Part shown: piece after piece, positions 1 to 6,348 of the stretch
How the letters are laid out: every line of letters begins with the position of its first letter
Numbering within the stretch: position 1 is the stretch's first letter
Assembly: GCA_046484135.1 (NCBI GenBank)
Contig: JAWOBU010000209.1
Coordinates: forward strand, 1 to 22,683
DNA: 22,683 nucleotides
Direction of reading: 5' to 3'
Source: a bacterium
Lineage (GTDB): Bacteria > RBG-13-61-14 > DATKZS01
Program-made: the position numbers and the translations under genes
Notes under the pieces: generated by a model
Told to the model about the DNA's origin: nothing
The model's database searches: none
What the model saw: only the letters and a program-made list of their open reading frames with translations

Positions 1-768
1 GTGGTGGGAGCGCCCGGCCGGGTGCTGGACCTGGCAGGCAGCGGAGACCTCGACTTCCGCAACGTCCGGGTCCTCATCCTGGACGAGGCTGACCGCATGC
101 TGGACATGGGCTTTTATCCGCAGATGAAAAGAATCTTGAAGCGGGTCCCTCAAAAGCGACAGACTCTCATGTTCTCAGCCACCATACCCAGCCAGGTCTC
201 CCGCCTTGCGTCCGTGTGCATGAACGATCCCGAGAACATACTGGTGGGGGAGCGCTCCCGCCCGCCGGACCAGATCCGCCAGGAGGCGGTCGAGGTCATG
301 CCCGCGGAAAAGGACAACAAGCTTCTCGAAATAGTGGAGAACGAGACAGGCTCGGTGCTCGTGTTCGCGGCCACCCGCGCCGGTACCGACGGCGTCTACC
401 AGGTGTTGAAACGCGCCGGCCAAAACGTGTGCGTGATCCACTCCGGGCACGCCCAGCGAGACCGGCAGAAGGCGCTCGACGGCTTCAAGGCCGGGACCTA
501 CCGCATCATGGTGGCCACCGACGTGGCCCAGCGCGGACTGGACATCGAGGGGATATCACTGGTCATAAACTACGACCTGCCCGACAACACCGAGGACTAC
601 ATCCACCGCATCGGCAGGACCGGAAGGGCCTACGCGGATGGACGCGCCCTCTCTCTCGTAACCTATCACGACTACGCCGCGCTCCGGAACATCGAAAAAG
701 CGGTAGGACACACCTTCCAGAACTTCAAGCGAAAGAACAAAACCGGACTCAAAAGAAAAGTCCGCTGA
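1..768 (+). CDS. DEAD-box ATP-dependent RNA helicase (RhlE/DeaD-like), 5'-truncated by window edge
   Basis: Motifs PGR (Ib), LDEADRMLDMGF (II), SAT (III), TDVAQRGLD (V), YIHRIGRTGR (VI), followed by a basic C-terminal tail. Walker A lies upstream of the window. Confidence 0.95.
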   Translation: MVGAPGRVLDLAGSGDLDFRNVRVLILDEADRMLDMGFYPQMKRILKRVPQKRQTLMFSATIPSQVSRLASVCMNDPENILVGERSRPPDQIRQEAVEVMPAEKDNKLLEIVENETGSVLVFAATRAGTDGVYQVLKRAGQNVCVIHSGHAQRDRQKALDGFKAGTYRIMVATDVAQRGLDIEGISLVINYDLPDNTEDYIHRIGRTGRAYADGRALSLVTYHDYAALRNIEKAVGHTFQNFKRKNKTGLKRKVR

Positions 769-793
769 AAAGCAACCAGCTCCCCCGGACCGC

Positions 794-843
794 CGGGCAC
801 CAGCCCGGCTGAATTCCTCCGGGACCATCGGGCACCAGCCCGG
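794..843. repeat. Two direct copies of CGGGCACCAGCCCGG (794-808, 829-843), each a small hairpin
   Basis: Exact 15-bp match with 35-bp period, directly after the helicase stop codon. Confidence 0.85.
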
Positions 844-859
844 AACTCCTGCCCATTCC

Positions 860-988
860 AAACGCAACGACACAACGCCGCAACGGTTTTTTGTTCAACA
901 TGACTTCAGTGCAAGCGGCGGGAGCCGCGATCAAGCCCGCCTTCTCAAATCCCAAAGGGCCGGAGGAACATAGCCCGATAACCCCGGG
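860..988. repeat. Dispersed repeat module, inverted copy of ~19050-19184
   Basis: About 99 of 119 positions match between 860-977 and the reverse complement of 19066-19184 (manual count). Confidence 0.9.
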
Positions 989-1033
989 AAACATGGACCA
1001 CAACCAGAAACTTGATTGTAAAGAACTGCCCCC

Positions 1034-1303
1034 TCAATATGCGTCGCCACGGGGCAAGATGGCGTAAACATAGAGGACCTTTTCTTCCTGGTCAGGCGTG
1101 AAAAGGACTCGACAGTCCCCCACCCTCATCCGGTAATCCCCTTTGATCCTGCCGGTCAAGGGCCGGACAGAATGATGAAAAAGCGGGTTCTCTTCCTGCT
1201 CCAGCCCCTCCAATGCCGATCTGATCCGCTGCCGAGTCTTCCGATCCTGTTTCAAGTACTGCTTCTCAGCGGTCGGCTTTATCTCAATCCGAAAGCTCGT
1301 CAA
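1034..1303 (-). CDS. Type II toxin, RelE/ParE superfamily (89 aa)
   Basis: Sequence FRIEIKPTAEKQYLK...LTGRIKGDYRMRVGDCRVLF...VYAILPRGDAY is typical of RelE/StbE. Probable TTG start at 1303 after AAGGGG, overlapping the antitoxin stop. The ORF-track start at 1420 is unlikely. Confidence 0.88.
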   Translation of the reverse strand: MTSFRIEIKPTAEKQYLKQDRKTRQRIRSALEGLEQEENPLFHHSVRPLTGRIKGDYRMRVGDCRVLFTPDQEEKVLYVYAILPRGDAY

Positions 1304-1523
1304 GCGATTTCCCCTTGACCTTGCTTTCCACTTCCTCCTTGCCGCGGGTGATGGCATCCACCCAAGCGGGGTCCGAAAGAAGCTCCAGGGTCTCCCGGTG
1401 CCGCTCGATGTACTCGTCAATAAGCTCGGTAAGTATGTCCTTTATCTCGGTCCGCTCCACGCTGGCGATGACCTTGAGGATGTCCCTTTTCTCCGCCGGT
1501 ATTCTCACTGTCGCTGTTTTCAT
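1284..1523 (-). CDS. Putative antitoxin with ribbon-helix-helix-like N-terminus (79 aa)
   Basis: Small acidic ORF upstream of and overlapping the toxin. ATG at 1523 follows AAAGGAGG. MKTATVRIP fits an RHH strand, and ETLELL...AI.RG.EEV...K.KSLDEL resembles the C-terminus of RelB/Phd-type antitoxins. Confidence 0.8.
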   Translation of the reverse strand: MKTATVRIPAEKRDILKVIASVERTEIKDILTELIDEYIERHRETLELLSDPAWVDAITRGKEEVESKVKGKSLDELSD

Positions 1524-1534
1524 GACCGCCTCCT

Positions 1535-1574
1535 TTGACACTAGCAGATTAGCAGATTAAGCGAATAGTGTCAA
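1535..1574 (-). promoter_or_regulatory. Sigma70-type promoter of the TA operon with overlapping operator repeats
   Basis: Minus strand TTGACA (1574-1569), 17 bp, TAATCT (1551-1546). Perfect 9-bp inverted repeat TTGACACTA/TAGTGTCAA and tandem TAGCAGAT x2. Confidence 0.75.
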
Positions 1575-1725
1575 TGGTGCAGGAAGAATAGCGACTGCGC
1601 CGCACTTCAATAATCCAACGGGACCGCCAGGCGGAAGCCCGGCTCTAAACGCGGGTGGCCCATGCGGTTTTGGCCGCAAAAATGCATGGCCGGCAAAAGC
1701 CACAGGCTGAAGAATTGATGGATCG

Positions 1726-1881
1726 GTGCCCCGGATAGCTCGACTATCCGGGTGCCCTTGGCACAGGATGGTTTCATCCTGCGGCTTATCGCCGCCCGCA
1801 TAGCAAAGCTATACGGGCTACCGGACTCCGGACGCACTTCGGCTCAGGATGCCTTGAATTGTGTATGGTGTTCCCGGAACT
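1726..1881. repeat. Repeat element sharing both ends with the post-tRNA element at 19016-19232 (inverted)
   Basis: 1744-1774 vs revcomp 19186-19216 match 28/31. 1859-1881 vs revcomp 19016-19038 match 20/23. Perfect 9-bp hairpin CCCGGATAG/CTATCCGGG at 1730-1752. Confidence 0.8.
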
Positions 1882-1886
1882 CCCAA

Positions 1887-2065
1887 GTCCCGAAGGGACG
1901 AAGGAAAATAGCCAGGGGCGCGAGCCCCTGGAACAGACATCAACAACAGGTTGCGGCCTGAAAGGCCGCGGGAAAGCTCCGGCGTCCCTTCAGGACGCAA
2001 ATTCATCGGGACCAATTTCACCAGGGGTTAGCACCCCTGGCTAATATACAACGCTCCGTTGGAGC
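1887..2065. repeat. REP/REPIN-like element of six GC-rich hairpins in mirror order
   Basis: Hairpins at 1887-1899, 1912-1931, 1953-1969 and then 1982-1998, 2021-2040, 2053-2065. TAGCCAGGGG (1909-1918) is the exact reverse complement of CCCCTGGCTA (2034-2043). Confidence 0.75.
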
Positions 2066-2194
2066 GGGAAGAAGGGCAACCGGGAGCAAGCTCCCTGACC
2101 CAAAGCGGCGCCAAGCCACCGCACTCCGAAAGATACGGCTGCTGTTATAAAGTATTGCGTCTCAAGACCTACATAAACTTAATTGTAAAGATCT

Positions 2195-2222
2195 GACCCC
2201 GCACCTCAGACCCCGCACCTCA
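2195..2222. repeat. Tandem duplication of GACCCCGCACCTCA (14 bp x2)
   Basis: Exact adjacent copies at 2195-2208 and 2209-2222. Confidence 0.85.
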
Positions 2223-2281
2223 CCGGCTTCGCCGGACCATTACTTCGGTCTTTTCTTTTCCCTTTAGATTCAAAAGAAATC

Positions 2282-2346
2282 CCTCCTTCTCTGCGTCTTG
2301 GCGTCTCTGCGTGATACAATAGTTTGCCTTAGTCTTATATCTTGGA
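2282..2346. repeat. 65-bp dispersed repeat, copy 1 (inverted copy at 22194-22258)
   Basis: 54/65 ungapped identity to revcomp of 22194-22258. Contains three 8-bp CTCTGYGY-like units. Confidence 0.88.
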
Positions 2347-2411
2347 CAGCACTGAGTCAACATAATCCTTTTCCTGAAGCAGGCAAGTAAAAAAGAATTT
2401 TCCTTATACTG

Positions 2412-2441
2412 TTGACATGAAAGAATGGAAGAGGGTAGAGT
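2412..2441 (+). promoter_or_regulatory. Putative sigma70 promoter for the acylase gene
   Basis: TTGACA, 18 bp, TAGAGT in an AT-rich context. SD AAGGAGGT at 2455-2462 precedes ATG 2469. Confidence 0.55.
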
Positions 2442-2468
2442 TAATGCCGAAAAGAAGGAGGTAGCATA

Positions 2469-5114
2469 ATGGTTAATCGCCGTGCCTGGTTCAGGCTGTT
2501 TCTGGTTTTACTGGTTTCGATCTTTATAAGCTGCGCCATCCGGCCCATGCCGGAGTATGAAAAGGACCCGCCTCTGCCGCAGGTCTCGGGCGAGCTTAAA
2601 GTTTCCGGCCTGCAAGGTGGAGTCAAGGTGTACCGGGACAGCTACGGGGTCCCCCACATCTTTACCGATAACGAACACGACCTGTTCTTTGCCGGCGGGT
2701 ACGTACAGGCCCAGGACCGGTTGTGGGAGATCATGTTCTTCCGGGCCATTGCCACCGGCCGGCTGTGCGAGATGTTCGGCAACATCGGTGTTCCCGGCAG
2801 CACTATAAGGGGCATGAAGCTGTCCACCTTCGAGATCGACAAGCGGATGCGGACCATGGGCATGCGCCACATCGGGGAGACCGGCGAAGCCCTGCTTGCC
2901 GAGACCCAGCCCGAGATTCTGGCCCACATGCAGGCCTTTTGCGACGGGGTGAACGCCTACCTCGAGTCCCACCGCGACAATCTCCCCATCGAGTTCCGCA
3001 TACTCTATCATCAGCCTGACCCGCTCACGCCCGCGGACATCGTGTCCCTGTCCCGCTTCTACGGGTCCAACCTATCCGGCAACATGGGAAAGGAGCTCGC
3101 CCGCTACAGCCTGGCCAGGAAGTACGGGCACGACATGGCCTGGAAGCTCATGCCCCTCCACGACGCCATGGGCCCCACAGTGGTGCCCAAGGAGCTATTG
3201 AATAATCGCCTGGACAAACCCCGGCCCCTGGTCCCCGAACGTATGCCCTATGCGTCCGAACAGGCCCTCTCCGGCGATGCTGCCATGCGGGTCGCGCTTT
3301 TCGACAAGGCCGTGCGCATAGCGTCCTTTTTCCCGAAAGACGAAGCCAGCAACAACTGGGTCATCGGGCCTTCCATGACCACAACCGGCACCGCCATGAT
3401 GGCCAACGACCCCCACCTGGTACACATCGAGCCTTCCCTTTGCTACCTCATGCACCTGAAAGGCGCGGGCTACGACGCCTACGGGGTGGTGTTTCCGGGC
3501 CAGCCTTATATCGTGATGGGTCACACCCGCCACATGTCCTGGGGCGCCACTGTAACCGGCGCTGACGTGCAGGACATCTTCATCGAGACGACTGACGAGG
3601 ACCACCCGGGCCAGTACCTGTACAAGGGAGAGTGGCGCGACTTCACGGTCCGGGAAGAGACGATCAAAATCCGGCCGGGACTGGTGCAGACCGGTCCGGA
3701 CAAGAGGCTCCGGGAGAAGACGATCAAGATCCGTCACACCGTGCACGGCCCTATTATAAACGACATGGTCCCGGACCTGCCGGACGACACTCCCCCGCTT
3801 GCGTTGCGCTGGGTGGGATGGGACTTCTCCCGCGACCCGGACATGTTCCAAAAGTTCGTGACCTCGTCCACGGTGGAGGAATCCCGGCAAAGGCTGCTGT
3901 CGGTAAAGGACCGGCCCCAGGTGATCAACGTGGGCATGATGTTCGAGACCTGGATGCAGGGCAAAGGGGTAGACGATTTTATAGAGGGCCTGTCCTACAA
4001 CGTGCTTCTTAACATGAATTGGGTTTGTGCGGACTCGGACGGGCACATAGCCTACATGCCCGGCAGCCTGGTGCCGGTGCGCAAGAAGGGCATCGGCGTC
4101 ATGCCGGTTCCGGGGGCTTCGGGTGATTACGACTGGAAAGGGTTTATACCTTTTGACGAGCTTCCGCAGGTTATAGACCCGGAGCGGGGATGGATGGCCA
4201 CCGCCAACAACCAGGTGGTGGAAGCCGAGTACTACCCCTACGTGTTCGCAACCAATTACTCGTCAGGCTGGCGCGCCTGGCGCATCGAGGAGCTGATTGA
4301 AGAGCTCAAGCCCATCTCCATGGACGACATGAAACGCATCCAGAACGACGTTTACGTAAAGCAGGCGGACGTGTTCGTTCCCATGATCGTGGAAGCTGTG
4401 AGAGAGAAGGGAGTGGAGGACGAGGAGCTTCAAAAGGCTGCCATGATCCTGGAGCGCTGGAACCGGAAAGCCACCATTGACAGCACAGGCGCGGCCATAT
4501 TCTACGAGACCATGACGTACCTTACCGACCACGTTCTCGAGGACGACTTTAAAAGGAAGGACTACAACAAGCTGGTCAAGGGACACGTGGGACACACGGT
4601 CCGGATGTGGCTCATAAACGGGAATGACGAGTTCATGGACGACAAGGACACGCCGCACAAGGTGGAGGACGCGAACGACGCTCTGGTGGCTTCTTTGGAG
4701 GACGCGGTGGACTGGCTTAAAAGGGAGCTGGGCCGGGACATGCAGAAGTGGCAGTGGGGAAAGCTGCATACCATCAAGTGGTATCACCCCATGGGGTTCG
4801 GCCCTTTAAAAGAAATGAGCGTTGGGCCCTTTCCCCATCCCGGAGGTGACTCGACCGTAAGAAACGCCAACTCCATGGGCATCGGCGGCGACAAGCACAT
4901 GTGCATGGGCGGACCGGTGCTCCGGCATATAATTGACATGGGGGAACCCGACCGGGCCCAGATAGTTATAGACGGCTCCCAGTCCGGGCAGTGGCTCTCG
5001 CCGCATTACCGCGACATGCACACCCTCTGGTACAACTCGAGGTACAGGGCCGCGGAAAAGCGACCGGAAAAGATTGCCGAGAAAGCGGAGAACCTCCTTC
5101 TGCTGAAGCCGTAG
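2469..5114 (+). CDS. Penicillin acylase family (Ntn-hydrolase, peptidase S45) protein, probable lipoprotein
   Basis: Motifs RDSYGVPHI, GYVQAQDRLW, SNNW (nucleophile Ser294 at nt 3348-3350), ANDPHL, TANN and SQSG..LSPHY.D. N-terminal hydrophobic stretch ends in FISC (Cys22). Confidence 0.93.
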   Translation: MVNRRAWFRLFLVLLVSIFISCAIRPMPEYEKDPPLPQVSGELKVSGLQGGVKVYRDSYGVPHIFTDNEHDLFFAGGYVQAQDRLWEIMFFRAIATGRLCEMFGNIGVPGSTIRGMKLSTFEIDKRMRTMGMRHIGETGEALLAETQPEILAHMQAFCDGVNAYLESHRDNLPIEFRILYHQPDPLTPADIVSLSRFYGSNLSGNMGKELARYSLARKYGHDMAWKLMPLHDAMGPTVVPKELLNNRLDKPRPLVPERMPYASEQALSGDAAMRVALFDKAVRIASFFPKDEASNNWVIGPSMTTTGTAMMANDPHLVHIEPSLCYLMHLKGAGYDAYGVVFPGQPYIVMGHTRHMSWGATVTGADVQDIFIETTDEDHPGQYLYKGEWRDFTVREETIKIRPGLVQTGPDKRLREKTIKIRHTVHGPIINDMVPDLPDDTPPLALRWVGWDFSRDPDMFQKFVTSSTVEESRQRLLSVKDRPQVINVGMMFETWMQGKGVDDFIEGLSYNVLLNMNWVCADSDGHIAYMPGSLVPVRKKGIGVMPVPGASGDYDWKGFIPFDELPQVIDPERGWMATANNQVVEAEYYPYVFATNYSSGWRAWRIEELIEELKPISMDDMKRIQNDVYVKQADVFVPMIVEAVREKGVEDEELQKAAMILERWNRKATIDSTGAAIFYETMTYLTDHVLEDDFKRKDYNKLVKGHVGHTVRMWLINGNDEFMDDKDTPHKVEDANDALVASLEDAVDWLKRELGRDMQKWQWGKLHTIKWYHPMGFGPLKEMSVGPFPHPGGDSTVRNANSMGIGGDKHMCMGGPVLRHIIDMGEPDRAQIVIDGSQSGQWLSPHYRDMHTLWYNSRYRAAEKRPEKIAEKAENLLLLKP

Positions 5115-5136
5115 CTTTCTTTGTCAAATTTTTTCT

Positions 5137-5272
5137 GTAGTGGGAGAGACCTCCCTGTCTGCGTGCGGAACGCACAGGCAGGCAGGTCTCGAAGATCGCG
5201 AGCTGGAGCTCGCTCCCATCGCTTAAGATGGACTCGCCACTTCAGGTGGTGGGAGAGACCTCCTGGTCTCGA
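5137..5272. repeat. REP-like palindromes (GTGGGAGAGACCTCCwGGTCTCGA x2) between convergent genes
   Basis: Copies at 5140-5192 (with a 29-bp insert) and 5249-5272. Partner hairpin GCGAGCTGGAGCTCGC followed by TCCCA at ~5198-5218. Confidence 0.75.
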
Positions 5273-5353
5273 TTATTGAACTCTGCAAAGATGATCCGAT
5301 ATGTGCGAGCGACGGAAGTCGCGATCTTAAATCTCCCGCACTCTTAAGGCGCG

Positions 5354-6301
5354 TTACGTCTTGTCCAAGTTCTCATGGAGCGTGTCCGCGAGCTTGATGA
5401 CGTAGTCCCTTCCCTTGGGTCCGTTCTCCATGTTGTCGAGCCAGCGGTCAGGCAGGCTCTCGGCACCGTAGTAGGCGCCCGCCACAGCCCCGGCCATGGC
5501 GCCGATGGTGTCGGTGTCTCCGCCCAGGTTCACTGCACGCACAATGGCTTCCTCTGCGCTGTCCGTGGAAAGAAAGGCCCACAGGGCCGCAGGAACCGAG
5601 TCTATTGCCGCCACTCCCGTGCCTAATGCCCTGGCCGCGGTCTCCGGCTCGGCGTCAAGGTTGTCTCGTATCCAGGAAAGCGGTTTGTCGTAATCGGTGG
5701 AGCCCTGGTCAAGGAACTCTTGAATAAATGAAAGTCCGCCGAAGTCTTCGCCCGCCGTTCCTTTAACAAGGCCGCGATGGACGGAGAGCGCTTGCAGTCG
5801 TGTGCCCGTGATGCTGATGGAATGGTCATGCGCGGTAACGCGGGACTGCTCGTCCGCAGCCTCCACAACCTTTGCAGGCCGGGAGTAAAAAGCAAGTGCG
5901 ATCGGCGAGACCCGCATGGCAGAGCCGTTTCCGAACGATCCGCCCGGCAAGGAGTAGTCATCCACCACCTGGCGCCAGGGGCGGCCTTTTTGGATCATGG
6001 CCAGGATGCCGTGGGTGTTGCCGCCGTAGCCCCGGTCCGGCTCGTAGTTCTCTCCAAAGTGGAAAGCCACCCTGTCAAGGTCGAGCTTGCCCGGAGTCTC
6101 GCACAGGGCTTCGGCCAGGCCGATCATGAGCTGGGTGTCGTCGGTGTATCTTCCTTTGCCTCGAAAGGACGGGATGATGTCGCGCACCTGTCCTTTCTTC
6201 TTGGAGTAAAGAAGAGACATCCCTTCCAGGGGAGCGCCCAGCACGTCGCCCGCCATGTTGCCGAGAAGCGCGCCCCGAAAATGGTCCTTAAGGTCTTTCA
6301 T
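5354..6301 (-). CDS. ADP-ribosylglycohydrolase (DraG/ARH family)
   Basis: Motifs GALLG...GDVLG.P.EG, YTDDTQL, SFGNGSAMR and GGDTDTIGAMAGA.AGA.YG. Confidence 0.93.
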   Translation of the reverse strand: MKDLKDHFRGALLGNMAGDVLGAPLEGMSLLYSKKKGQVRDIIPSFRGKGRYTDDTQLMIGLAEALCETPGKLDLDRVAFHFGENYEPDRGYGGNTHGILAMIQKGRPWRQVVDDYSLPGGSFGNGSAMRVSPIALAFYSRPAKVVEAADEQSRVTAHDHSISITGTRLQALSVHRGLVKGTAGEDFGGLSFIQEFLDQGSTDYDKPLSWIRDNLDAEPETAARALGTGVAAIDSVPAALWAFLSTDSAEEAIVRAVNLGGDTDTIGAMAGAVAGAYYGAESLPDRWLDNMENGPKGRDYVIKLADTLHENLDKT

Positions 6302-6348
6302 CTCTACTTCTCTCTCTGATGATCAGAAAAGATGTTTAAAGGCGGTGA

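Noticed and set aside
1..560. Helicase motif variants (APGR for TPGR, QRGLD for ARGLD)
   Set aside because: The core DEAD, SAT and motif VI are intact, so this is insufficient evidence of altered function.
1607..2044. Short ORFs 1607-1837, 1752-1961, 1818-2021 and 1859-2044
   Set aside because: They run across palindromic repeats, lack SD sequences and show no protein-like features.
781..2346. Possible CRISPR array among the clustered repeats
   Set aside because: No repeat occurs three or more times with regular unique spacers, and no cas genes are present.
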